From an uncultured Chloroflexia bacterium (lineage in GTDB: Bacteria; Chloroflexota; Limnocylindria; Limnocylindrales; CSP1-4), in contig CAVVCZ010000006.1 in assembly GCA_963746845.1 (NCBI GenBank), forward strand, positions 64,001 to 128,000: a stretch of DNA of 64,000 nt, read 5' to 3'. The notes under the pieces were generated by a model. It did no database searches. It was not told where the DNA came from and worked only from the letters and a program-made list of their open reading frames with translations. The position numbers were made by a program, and so were the translations under genes. This document shows positions 1 to 9,141 of the stretch, in pieces; within the stretch, counting starts at the first letter, position 1; every line of letters starts with the position of its first letter.

Positions 1-12
1 TAGCCTCGCCGG

Positions 13-2031
13 GTGCCACGACTCGACCCTGACCGCCTGCTCGACGACCTCGACCCGGAGCAGCGCGAGGCGGTCCTCGCGACCAGCGGACCCGTCGCGA
101 TCCTCGCCGGCGCAGGGACCGGCAAGACCCGGGTCATCAGCCGGCGCACGGCCTACGCGATCGCAACGGATGTCGTCCCGCCGGACCAGGCCCTCGTCGT
201 CACGTTCACCGACAAGGCCGCCGGCGAGATGGTCGAGCGGCTCCGGGGGCTTGGGTTGCCGGGCGTCACCGCCCGGACCTTCCACGCCCACGCGCTCAGC
301 CAGCTCCGCCACTTCTGGCCGTCGCGCCACGACGGCGCGCCCCTCCCCGCGCTCCTCGACTCGAAGATCCCGATCCTCGGCCGGCTCGCGCGGCAGCTCC
401 CGGGCCACTTCCGGTTCACGCCCGCCAAGGACCTCGCCGACGAGATCGAGTGGGCGAAGTCGCGGCGGATCGACCCGCGGGCATACGAGCGCGAGGTCGC
501 GCGCCTCGCGCCCGGGCGTGAGCCGCCGATCCCGATCGACCTCTTCGTCCGGACGTTCGACAACTACGAGCGCGCGAAGACGCGGGCGGGCCGGATCGAC
601 TTCGATGACCTGCTCGTCGAGACCGTCCGGCTGCTCGAGGACGATGCCGAGGCCGCCGACACGGTCCGCGCGCGGAAGCGCTGGTTCAGCGTCGACGAGT
701 ACCAGGACACGAGCCCGCTCCAGGAGCGGCTGCTCGAGCTGTGGCTCGCCGACCGGCCGGACTTGTGCGTCGTCGGCGACGTGGACCAGACGATCTACAC
801 GTTCACCGGGGCGACGTCCGGATTCCTGACGTCCTTCGCCGAGCGGCATCCCGGCGCGCGGGTCCTCGACCTGACCCACAACTACCGCTCGACCCCACAG
901 GTGCTCGAGCTGGCGAACCGGTTGATCGCTGCCGACGGACGCTCGAAGCGACTGACCGCGAGCCGGAACGACGGCCCGGAGCCGACCGTGACTCGTCACG
1001 CGTCCGCCGAGGCCGAGTTGGTGGGCGTCGTCGCAGCGATCGGCGGCCTGATCCGCGACGGCGTCGCACCCGCCGAGATCGCGGTGCTCGTCCGGATGAA
1101 CGCGCAGATCGAGCCGATCGAGGAGGCGCTGACCCGCACCGGGATCGCCTACCAGGTGCGCGGGATCCGGTTCTTCGACCGGCCGGAGGTCAAGGCCGCC
1201 GTCGCGAGCGTCCGACGCCGCGGTCTCGACGCGACGGGTCTCGCGCTCGTCGCCGCCATCCGGCGGCGGTGGGTCGAGGACGTCGGCTTCGAGGAGGACG
1301 GTGCGTCGGCATCGGAGGGTCGCGAGGCGCAGGAGCGCCAGTCGTCGCTGGAGACGTTGCTCGCGATCGTCACCACGGTCGTCCATGCGGACGTCTCGAG
1401 CGACGCCGGCGCGATCGTCGCGGAGCTGGACCGGCGGGCGGCTCACGAGCGAGACAACGCCGGCGAGGGGGTGAACCTCCTCACGTACCATCGGGCGAAG
1501 GGCCTCGAATGGGACGCGGTCTTCCTGCCGATGCTCGAGGACGGCTCGCTCCCGATCCGCCAGGCGCTCGATGACGACGACGCGCTCGCCGAGGAGCGGC
1601 GGCTGCTCTATGTCGGGATCACCCGCGCCCGGATCCACCTCGCGCTGTCGTGGGCGGAGCGGCGCGAGACCCGCGGTCGCGAGGGTCGTCGTCAGCCGAG
1701 CCGGTTCCTGCTGGACCTTCGTCCCCGCTCGGCCGCCCGAACCGGCGAGCGTCGCGTGCGCGACCTCGGCGGGCCGCCGGCCGCCCCGCGCCCGCCGCGC
1801 CCGGGCGACGACGCCGACCCAGTCTTCGCGGCGCTGCGTGAGTGGCGCACGTCAACGGCCCGTTACGAGGGGATGCCGGCGTACGTGATCGCCCACGACT
1901 CGACCCTCGCGGCGATCGCGGAAGCACGGCCCGCGACGCTCGCGGCGCTCCGCCGCGTGAAGGGCATGGGCCCCACGAAGCTCGAGAGATACGGCGACGG
2001 CATCCTCGAGGTCCTCGCCGCCATCGACTGA
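13..2031 (+). CDS. uvrD2: ATP-dependent DNA helicase, UvrD2-like, with C-terminal HRDC domain
   Basis: Walker A AGAGTGKT, VDEYQD, VGDVDQTIY, NYRS, TYHRAKGLEW, EERRLLYVGITRAR; C-terminal LREWR...PAYVIAHDSTL...VKGMGPTKLERYG HRDC. Confidence 0.93.
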   Translation: MPRLDPDRLLDDLDPEQREAVLATSGPVAILAGAGTGKTRVISRRTAYAIATDVVPPDQALVVTFTDKAAGEMVERLRGLGLPGVTARTFHAHALSQLRHFWPSRHDGAPLPALLDSKIPILGRLARQLPGHFRFTPAKDLADEIEWAKSRRIDPRAYEREVARLAPGREPPIPIDLFVRTFDNYERAKTRAGRIDFDDLLVETVRLLEDDAEAADTVRARKRWFSVDEYQDTSPLQERLLELWLADRPDLCVVGDVDQTIYTFTGATSGFLTSFAERHPGARVLDLTHNYRSTPQVLELANRLIAADGRSKRLTASRNDGPEPTVTRHASAEAELVGVVAAIGGLIRDGVAPAEIAVLVRMNAQIEPIEEALTRTGIAYQVRGIRFFDRPEVKAAVASVRRRGLDATGLALVAAIRRRWVEDVGFEEDGASASEGREAQERQSSLETLLAIVTTVVHADVSSDAGAIVAELDRRAAHERDNAGEGVNLLTYHRAKGLEWDAVFLPMLEDGSLPIRQALDDDDALAEERRLLYVGITRARIHLALSWAERRETRGREGRRQPSRFLLDLRPRSAARTGERRVRDLGGPPAAPRPPRPGDDADPVFAALREWRTSTARYEGMPAYVIAHDSTLAAIAEARPATLAALRRVKGMGPTKLERYGDGILEVLAAID

Positions 2032-2046
2032 CGGCGGATCGCCCGA

Positions 2047-3777
2047 TCAGGCGGTCGTGGCGGCCGCGGCGGTCGTGGCGCTTGCCCGCTGCAGGTTCGT
2101 CTGGACCATCCGCTCGGTGATCACGCACGCGGCGGGACCGGCCACCGCGGCAAGGAATGTCCCCGCATCCACGCTGTACCCGGTCACATCGGTGACCGCG
2201 ATCACGGTCGCCGTGCGCGGACTTCGGCGGAGCAGCGCGATCTCCCCGACGCCGGCGCCCGGGCCCAGCCGGTGGATCGGCCGCCCATCGACGATCACCT
2301 CGATCTCGCCGGTCGCGATGACGACGAATTCGTCGCCGGGCTCGCCCTGCGTCATCAGCGCGCTCCCGGCGGGAGCCGTGACCGGCCGAAGCCCCTCGGC
2401 CACCCGCTCGACCGCGGTCATCGGGAGCTCGGAGAACACCGGCACCTTCCCGAGGAGCTGAACCAGACCCTCGTTGACCACCGTCACCCGTTCGACGTGC
2501 CCGATCCGCAGGTAGATCACCGTCGCCAGGACCGGCAGGATGGACCCGGCGACGATGAGGGCGCCGCGCGGGCCGAACCCCCAGATCAGGAGCGGGGCGA
2601 GCAGGCTGCCGGACACCGCACCCAGGCCGATGATGCCCTCGAGCACGCCGAGCGCCGGCGCCCGATCCTCGTTGGCGCTGGCGCGCTGGAAGATCGTGAA
2701 GAGTGCGACGTCGTAGGTGGCGTTCGCGACCCCGATGACGACCATGGCCGCCAGCGCGATCTCGGGGAGCGGGATGACGCCGATGATCGCGATCGGCAGG
2801 CCCCAGAACACGAGGCCCAGCACCTCCTGGGGGACGAGCCGCTCGGACCGTGCCGATGCCATCGCGAAGATCGCGCCGCCCAGGCCGCCCAGGCCCAGCG
2901 CGGCCGCGAGCAGCCCCGGTCCGGATTGGCCCATGTTGAGGAGATCGATCGCCGCGACCACGGCGAGGGCATTGAGCAGGCCGCGGGTCAGCACCTGGCC
3001 GTAGGTTCCGAGCGCGCTCCAGGCGAGCAACGGCTGCCGCCGGATCGCGCGGACGCCGTGCATGAGCCGAAGCCCGCCGCTCTTCCGCCGATCATCGACC
3101 GCGACGTCGGCGGCCTGCTCGAACCGGAGCCCGGCCGCGATCAGGGCCGTCACGAGGAACGTGACCCCGGCGACGGCCGCGACGGCCGCCGGCATCCCGA
3201 GGGCCATCAGGATCCCGGCAATGAACGGTCCGGCAAACGCGCCCACGCCCTCGCCGGTGCTCCAGACCGTGTTCGCGGCGACCAGCTCGCCCGGGCTCCG
3301 GGCGATCGCGGGCATCAGCGTGACCTGCGTCGGGCGAACCGGCGCACCCGCGGCCGCGGCGATCGCCGCCAGCACGAAGAGCTCGATCAGCAGGACCTGG
3401 CGGTCATCGAGCGAGTGACCCGCCGTGAAGATCGCGAGCGCGGTGAGGCCCGCGCTGCCGGCGCGGATCAGCGCGAGGACGACGAGGACCCGATCGCCCC
3501 GGAACCGTTCGAGCATCGGCCCCGAGAGCATCCCGGCGGCGACCGCCGGGATCATGCGGATGGCACCCAGCAGCCCGGCCGCCACGACCCCACCTCGATT
3601 GAAGACTGTCACGAGCATGACGACGACGAGCGCGGCATCGGCCGCGACGCCGAGCATCCAGGTCAGCCCGAGCCGACGGATGCCGTCGTTCGCGAGCGCC
3701 TGGCGCAGGTTCGCGACCGCCGTCTCGACGGCGGACGGGATCCGCCTCGTGGTCAGCTGGTCTTCAGCGTCAGCCAC
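2047..3777 (-). CDS. MFS transporter fused to C-terminal cyclic-nucleotide-binding domain
   Basis: About 12 hydrophobic helices followed by QGEPGDEFVVIATG...GEIALLRRSPRTATV. Start uncertain (GTG 3777 or CTG 3756); the upstream part of the 1208-aa ORF is shadow frame. Confidence 0.85.
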   Translation of the reverse strand: MADAEDQLTTRRIPSAVETAVANLRQALANDGIRRLGLTWMLGVAADAALVVVMLVTVFNRGGVVAAGLLGAIRMIPAVAAGMLSGPMLERFRGDRVLVVLALIRAGSAGLTALAIFTAGHSLDDRQVLLIELFVLAAIAAAAGAPVRPTQVTLMPAIARSPGELVAANTVWSTGEGVGAFAGPFIAGILMALGMPAAVAAVAGVTFLVTALIAAGLRFEQAADVAVDDRRKSGGLRLMHGVRAIRRQPLLAWSALGTYGQVLTRGLLNALAVVAAIDLLNMGQSGPGLLAAALGLGGLGGAIFAMASARSERLVPQEVLGLVFWGLPIAIIGVIPLPEIALAAMVVIGVANATYDVALFTIFQRASANEDRAPALGVLEGIIGLGAVSGSLLAPLLIWGFGPRGALIVAGSILPVLATVIYLRIGHVERVTVVNEGLVQLLGKVPVFSELPMTAVERVAEGLRPVTAPAGSALMTQGEPGDEFVVIATGEIEVIVDGRPIHRLGPGAGVGEIALLRRSPRTATVIAVTDVTGYSVDAGTFLAAVAGPAACVITERMVQTNLQRASATTAAAATTA

Positions 3778-4412
3778 TGATCCGTCGGTTGGTATGGCTC
3801 TCCCTCCGGTGCGACGTCCTCGGCCACCACCACGGCGCCCGACAGCTGGTCCGTGAGCTGGGTCAGGACCGCCAGGCGGATCGTCGATGGGGAATGTAGC
3901 GCCTTGAGCTTGACGGTCATCCGCAGGACATTCTTCGTCAGCTTGAACGAGCCCGGGAACGTCTTGCCGGCGAACGCCTTGTTGACGGTCCAGTCGTCCA
4001 GCTCCGCCTGCCACGAGCCGTTCTTCTGGTTCGTGAGCTGCAGCCAGTAGTCGGAGCGCCCGGTGCCGTTGGGCTCGATCGTGATCGCGTAGCTGGTCTG
4101 GGTCTTGGTGGCCGGGGACTTCGCCGGGATGTTGCCGGCCAGAACGAGATCGACCACGAGGTTCCCGCCGGCCGTCGACGCGGACACCTGCTTGACGTCG
4201 ATGTCCGGTCGTGGCTTGGCGGCCGCGCCGGTGTCGTCCTTGAGGTCGCCCTGGGCGTCCTGGAGCGTGGCGGGGCCGCCTGCCGAGGCCGCCGGCCGCG
4301 CCGCCGACGGATCGGCCGCCCCGGATCCGGACGGACCGGTCGAGCCGCCGCACGCGGCGAGCAGTCCGGCGATTCCGATGAGGATCAGCCATCGCCTGGC
4401 CCTTGAAGCCAT
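3753..4412 (-). CDS. Hypothetical lipoprotein (beta-rich)
   Basis: Basic N-terminus, hydrophobic stretch and lipobox LAAC. Confidence 0.75.
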   Translation of the reverse strand: MASRARRWLILIGIAGLLAACGGSTGPSGSGAADPSAARPAASAGGPATLQDAQGDLKDDTGAAAKPRPDIDVKQVSASTAGGNLVVDLVLAGNIPAKSPATKTQTSYAITIEPNGTGRSDYWLQLTNQKNGSWQAELDDWTVNKAFAGKTFPGSFKLTKNVLRMTVKLKALHSPSTIRLAVLTQLTDQLSGAVVVAEDVAPEGEPYQPTDQWLTLKTS

Positions 4413-4442
4413 CCGCGACTCCCTGCGGACCGAACCCCTGCG

Positions 4443-5726
4443 CTAGTGTGCCCCTCCGGCCGAGCCGTCGAGGCCCGTCCGGACGCGCTCCGTTCGCGGA
4501 CCGAACGCCGTCGCCGACCAGGCGGCCACGGCGAGGACGCCCGTGGCCGTGATCGCGATGACGAATGCCGTCGACGTCCGGTCCGCGAGTGGCCCGGCGA
4601 CGAGGATCGGCAGCAGGCTCGCGGCGCTGACGATCGAGGCGAGGACGCCGAAGACCCGGCCGCGAACGGCCGGGTCCATGTTCTCGAACAGGGCCGTCTG
4701 CGCCGAGACCGTCGTCGTCGCGTAGGCCGATCCCGCGAAGAAGGCGAAGGCCACGGCCAGCGGGATCAGCGGAAGCTCGCTCGACCCGCCGATCGACGCC
4801 AGACCCGCGATCGCGAGGGCGAGCACCCCGAAGACGATCAGACCCGCCTCCCCGGCACGCCGGCGGGTGATCCCCGGGCCCAGCTGACGAAGCGCGAGGA
4901 CGCCGGCAACGACACCGAGCCCGAGCGGCAGCACGACGACGACGAGGTTCTTCGGGTCCAGGCCGAGTGAAAAGGCGAGGCTCGGGCCGAGAACGCCGAC
5001 CACGCCGACGAGCGACGCCGACGCGGCCAGGTGCACCAGCGGCCGGCCGACCTCCCGGTTGCCGCCGATGGACGTCAGCCCCTCGCGGAGCTGATCGACG
5101 GGCTCGTGGAGCGAGCGCGGACCGCGGCCCGCATCGCGCTCGATCGGCGGTGCCGACGGGAGCATCACCGTCGCCACCGTCGCACCGGCGTAGAAGACCA
5201 CGACGGCCCCGAGGACGAACGACGGCCCGGCGATCGACACGAGCAGGGGACCGAGGAACGCGAAGCCCACGGCAAACGACGCCTGGAGCGTCAGGTTGAA
5301 GATCCCCATCGCCGTCTCGAGCTGGGCCCGGGGGACGATCCGCGGGATCATCGACGCCTCCGCGGGCGTGAGGACGACGGTCGTGAGGCTGATCCCGAGG
5401 TTGAGCGCCAGCAGGACCGCGATGTTCGTGCCTGCCAAAGCCAGCCCGAGCGTCAGCACCGTCCGGATCGTGTTCGGGATGATGAGCGCCCAGCGGACAT
5501 CCAGCCGATCGACCAGGACGCCCGCGACGGCGGACAGCAGGATCGTCGGGACCAGGTAGGACATCACGAGCGCGCTGACGGCCGCGTTCGAGCGCGTCGT
5601 CGCGAAGACCAGGATGGTCAACGCGTAGAGCGCCATGTTCCCGCCGACCTGCGTCGACGCCTGGATGAACCACAGCCGCCCGAACCCGGGGTCGCGCAGG
5701 AGCGGCCGGGCGCTGCTCGCGGTCAT
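4443..5726 (-). CDS. MFS transporter (MFS_3/H+ antiporter-like)
   Basis: Start re-assigned to MTASSARPLLRD; motif A AGVLVDRLDVR, VRGRVFG, multiple TM helices. Confidence 0.88.
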   Translation of the reverse strand: MTASSARPLLRDPGFGRLWFIQASTQVGGNMALYALTILVFATTRSNAAVSALVMSYLVPTILLSAVAGVLVDRLDVRWALIIPNTIRTVLTLGLALAGTNIAVLLALNLGISLTTVVLTPAEASMIPRIVPRAQLETAMGIFNLTLQASFAVGFAFLGPLLVSIAGPSFVLGAVVVFYAGATVATVMLPSAPPIERDAGRGPRSLHEPVDQLREGLTSIGGNREVGRPLVHLAASASLVGVVGVLGPSLAFSLGLDPKNLVVVVLPLGLGVVAGVLALRQLGPGITRRRAGEAGLIVFGVLALAIAGLASIGGSSELPLIPLAVAFAFFAGSAYATTTVSAQTALFENMDPAVRGRVFGVLASIVSAASLLPILVAGPLADRTSTAFVIAITATGVLAVAAWSATAFGPRTERVRTGLDGSAGGAH

Positions 5727-5760
5727 GGACGGATGCGGGGCCGGCGACCCCGTCGCGACG

Positions 5761-6012
5761 CTAGTCGCGTGGCCGGCGGTTCCGCTCTTCCTTGGTTGGG
5801 CGCGGCTCGCGCTTGGGCGGGTTCGGGCGGGTGCCCGGGGGCATGTTCGGGTACGGGCCCTGGGGTGGCCGTGCACGGGCGACGGCGACGGCCTCCTCGA
5901 ACGCGGCCGCGGCCGGCTTCGAGAGGCTGCCCATCCAGGCGGCCTCGATCTCCTTCACGCGCGCCGATTCGGCCGCGCGTCGCTCCTTCTCGAGCTTCGA
6001 GTGCTTCGCCAC
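5761..6012 (-). CDS. Small hypothetical protein (helical N-half, Pro/Arg-rich tail)
   Basis: GTG start with AGGAG RBS, protein-like composition, fills the gap between csp and the MFS gene. Confidence 0.65.
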   Translation of the reverse strand: MAKHSKLEKERRAAESARVKEIEAAWMGSLSKPAAAAFEEAVAVARARPPQGPYPNMPPGTRPNPPKREPRPTKEERNRRPRD

Positions 6013-6036
6013 TCACGGTCTCCTGTCGCTGGATGC

Positions 6037-6072
6037 GAAAAGGCCGCCCGCACCGGAAGTGCGAGCGGCCCC
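6037..6072 (-). terminator. Intrinsic terminator after the cold-shock gene
   Basis: Minus strand GGCCGCTCGCAC-TTCCG-GTGCGGGCGGCC followed by TTTT. Confidence 0.75.
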
Positions 6073-6082
6073 TCGAGGCTGA

Positions 6083-6286
6083 TCAGGCGCTCTGGACGTT
6101 CGTCGCGCGCGGGCCCTTCGGGCTCGCTTCGATCTCGAACTGGACCTTCTCACCGCCGGCGAGGCGGTCGAAGTCGAGCGAGGACGTCAGTCCGTTGCGA
6201 TGGAAGAAGTACTCCTTGCCGTCGTCGGCGGCGATGAAGCCGAAGCCGCGGTCGGAGACGACCTTCTTGATGGTGCCGGTGGTCAC
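6083..6286 (-). CDS. Cold-shock domain protein (CspA family)
   Basis: TGTIKKVVSDRGFGFI (RNP1), YFFH (RNP2), GPRATNV; start re-assigned to GTG 6286. Confidence 0.93.
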   Translation of the reverse strand: MTTGTIKKVVSDRGFGFIAADDGKEYFFHRNGLTSSLDFDRLAGGEKVQFEIEASPKGPRATNVQSA

Positions 6287-6470
6287 AGTGACCCTCACTT
6301 TTCTCGAACTCAAGACTGCAGACGCACGGTCAGTTCGAGAGAAGTCGACCACACGGAGCACGGCCCCACAGTGGGACCTGCCCCTAGCCTAGCACGTTCG
6401 TTCGACCATCCGACAGCCCGCGGGCACCTGTCCCGCGTCCCGGCCCGGTCCGATCGACTAGGCTGGCGCC

Positions 6471-6872
6471 GTGGAATCGCTCGATCGGGTCGTCCGCTCG
6501 GCACTCGACGGCGACATCGTGTCGGCCGCGGTCTTCACCGTGGCGCCTGGCTCCGCGACGCTCGAGCTCGCGGCGGCGGCCGGGATCGAGGGTCCGGCGC
6601 TCGACGGTCTCGTGGCCGCGGTCCGGAATCCGGTCCATCCCGTGGCGCGGGCGCTCGCGGACGACGGGCCGACCTTCGACGTCGCACCGATGAACCCGGG
6701 TGGCCCGGCGCTGCGCAGCCATCTTCCGCTGTTCCGCGTCGCGGGCGGTGGCGCCGGCGAGGCGATCGGCGTGCTGGCCGTCTCCCACGACCACCCGCTG
6801 GATCCGGCCGCCCGGACCCGCCTCGAGTCCCTCGCGACCGCCGCGGCAGCCGCCATCGACGGTCCGCGCTAA
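6471..6872 (+). CDS. Stand-alone GAF-domain protein
   Basis: LELAAAAG...HLPL...IGVLAVS...LESLATAAAAAI GAF-like pattern. Confidence 0.65.
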   Translation: MESLDRVVRSALDGDIVSAAVFTVAPGSATLELAAAAGIEGPALDGLVAAVRNPVHPVARALADDGPTFDVAPMNPGGPALRSHLPLFRVAGGGAGEAIGVLAVSHDHPLDPAARTRLESLATAAAAAIDGPR

Positions 6873-6987
6873 GGCGAGCATCGACGCGCAAGACGCGCGC
6901 GAGACGCCGTCGCGACACAGTGGAGCCGATCGCCCTCGACGCCGCCTTCACCCGCCGACCGGCGATCGTGCGATGGGGGATGGACGG

Positions 6988-7926
6988 ATGGGCGGAACGC
7001 TGTTCGGGGTCGACGTGTCACCGTCGCAGGGCGTGGTCGACTGGGCGAAGGTGAAGGCCGGCGGGATCACGTTCGCCGTCGCCCGCTGCCTCCGCGAGAC
7101 CGGCACGATCGACACGACCTACCGCCGCAACGTCGACGGCGCGAAGACGGCAGGCCTGGTGCCGGGCGCCTACGCGTTCCTCGTCGGCGGCAACGCCAAG
7201 CACCAGGCGCAGACGTTCATCAAGGCCGTCGACGACCCGAAGGGCATGCTGATCATGCTCGACGTCGAGCGTCCGAAGATGAAGTCGAGCGCGGTCCCGA
7301 CCGCCGCCGACATCAGCGCGTTCGTCGGCGAGTGGCGCGCGGCCCATCCCGGTCACCCGATCATGATCTACGGGTCGATGGGCTCGGTCCTCGGGTCGAT
7401 CGGCAAGAAGGCCAACCTCCATGCGTTCGGCCCGCTCTGGCTCGCGTTCTATCGTCAGGGCCATACGCACGCGCCCGCCGGCTTCTACGAGTCGCTCGGC
7501 GGGAACCAGGCGAACCAGTGGCGGCTGAAGTTCGGCGGCTGGTCCGGGGCGACGATCTGGCAGTACACGAGCCACAACATCCACGTGCCCGGGATCCAGA
7601 AGCCGGACGGGACGTTCCTCGCCGTGGACACGAACGCGTTCCGTGGCACGAGGGCGGAGCTCCTCGCGCTGACCGGCACCGCGGGTCCGAACCCACTCGT
7701 CGCGTCGCCGCCGAAGCCCACGCCGGCCCCGGTCCCGGTCGCGGGCGGAACCGCCGGCGCAACGAAGGTCTTCCACACGGTCGCGCCCGGCGAGACGCTC
7801 TCGGGCATCGCCGCGAAGTTCGGGTTCAAGGGGTTCAAGGCCCTGATCAACCTGTTTCCGGAGAACCACAAGTTCAAGGCCAACCCGGGCCTGATCCACG
7901 TCGGCGACAAGGTGCGCGTGGGGTAG
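6988..7926 (+). CDS. GH25 muramidase with C-terminal LysM domain
   Basis: GVDVSPSQGVVDW, GAYAF, MLDVE (DxE), LWLAFY, IWQYTS; Pro linker then HTVAPGETLSGIAAKF...LIHVGDKV. Start 6973 or 6988. Confidence 0.88.
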   Translation: MGGTLFGVDVSPSQGVVDWAKVKAGGITFAVARCLRETGTIDTTYRRNVDGAKTAGLVPGAYAFLVGGNAKHQAQTFIKAVDDPKGMLIMLDVERPKMKSSAVPTAADISAFVGEWRAAHPGHPIMIYGSMGSVLGSIGKKANLHAFGPLWLAFYRQGHTHAPAGFYESLGGNQANQWRLKFGGWSGATIWQYTSHNIHVPGIQKPDGTFLAVDTNAFRGTRAELLALTGTAGPNPLVASPPKPTPAPVPVAGGTAGATKVFHTVAPGETLSGIAAKFGFKGFKALINLFPENHKFKANPGLIHVGDKVRVG

Positions 7927-8005
7927 CGACGGGTCGTGTACGAGACGATGGCCCGCGCCCACGAGTCGGCGTACACGGAGGCGGCCGCGGCCGGCTGACC
8001 GAACG

Positions 8006-9079
8006 TCAGGATCGGAGGCGCCGCGCGTTGAGCAGGCCGATCAGGACGATCGCTCCGGCCAGCATCATGCTCAGGGCCACGACCGGCAGCCATGCAGGGA
8101 ACACCATCTGCGCCACCGTGGCGTCCGACAACGGCATGGCGGCGGGGTCGTTCGACGGAGAGACGGCCGGCGCCGCGAGGGCGGCAAGCGGCACGGTCGA
8201 CTGGGAGCCGCTCCCGGCGGGATCAAGCGAGTCGACGCTCGAGGAGGCGGTCGGCGACTCGCTCGGCAGTGGGGTCGGCGTCGGCTTCGGCGTCGGGCGG
8301 GGCGTGGGTCGCGGGGTCGCCGTCGCCACCGGCTTCGGCTCGGCCTTGGCGGCGGGGCCGGATGCGATCGGCTGGACCGACACCCAGCGGCCTTCCCAGG
8401 CCATCCGGACGCCTGCGTAGTGCCACGGAGTGAAGAACCCGCGCAGCTGGCTCGGCGTCAGCTTGCGATCCGGCGTCATGTCATACCCGTAGCTCCGGCT
8501 CTGGAGACCCCAGAGTGGTCCGGTGACCCGGACGCTCGTCACGGTGAAGCGGCTGGTCGTCGCGGGATCCGCGGTGGCGCTGAACCCGGTCAGGACCCAC
8601 GCGTGGTTGCCGTGGGACACGGTGATCGCCACCGGCAGGTTGGTCTTCCGGAGGTTCGTGACCGCCGCGCGGAGCGCCGCGTCGAAGCTGGTGCTGGCGA
8701 CCAGGCGATAGCGCTTGTCGACGAAGTGCTGGAGCCCTGCGGTCCAGCCGGCCGGATCGACCCCGTCGGACACCGGGATCCGGTAGCGGTTGTGCTTGCG
8801 CATGTAGTCGAAGTACCGGCCCTGGCTTGCGCCGTTGTGGTCCGACCGGCGGTCGACGATGTTGCGGATGATCTGGACGTCGGCCGCGGTGCACCAGAGC
8901 CAGGTCGCCTGGGTCGTGAAGACGCCGTTCCGGTACAGATCGATGCCACCCGTCCAGCGCGACAGGGCACTGGCCGACGGCGCCGACGGTGACGCGGCGA
9001 AGATCGCGAACGACAGGGCAGCGAAGGTGGCCGCGAGGCCCCGAAGGGCGTGCCGGCGGCGGCGCGTAGGGCCGGCCAT
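8006..9079 (-). CDS. Secreted protein with papain-fold (C39-like) Cys/His motif, Pro-Thr linker and C-terminal TM anchor
   Basis: Arg-rich signal peptide; QATWLWCTAA; GNHAWVLTGF; PTP repeats; terminal hydrophobic helix plus RRLRS. Confidence 0.65.
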   Translation of the reverse strand: MAGPTRRRRHALRGLAATFAALSFAIFAASPSAPSASALSRWTGGIDLYRNGVFTTQATWLWCTAADVQIIRNIVDRRSDHNGASQGRYFDYMRKHNRYRIPVSDGVDPAGWTAGLQHFVDKRYRLVASTSFDAALRAAVTNLRKTNLPVAITVSHGNHAWVLTGFSATADPATTSRFTVTSVRVTGPLWGLQSRSYGYDMTPDRKLTPSQLRGFFTPWHYAGVRMAWEGRWVSVQPIASGPAAKAEPKPVATATPRPTPRPTPKPTPTPLPSESPTASSSVDSLDPAGSGSQSTVPLAALAAPAVSPSNDPAAMPLSDATVAQMVFPAWLPVVALSMMLAGAIVLIGLLNARRLRS

Positions 9080-9141
9080 GGCGCCATGGTCGCCCGGATC
9101 GGCGAATCCTGCCAGCGCGGACGCGTGCTGCCTGGTGCCGG

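Noticed and set aside
3778-5673. N-terminal ~630 aa of the 1208-aa minus-strand ORF
   Set aside because: Arg/Gly/Pro-rich alternative frame overlapping the real lipoprotein and MFS genes
6988-7926. Prophage lysis module
   Set aside because: No holin, structural, integrase or terminase genes in the window
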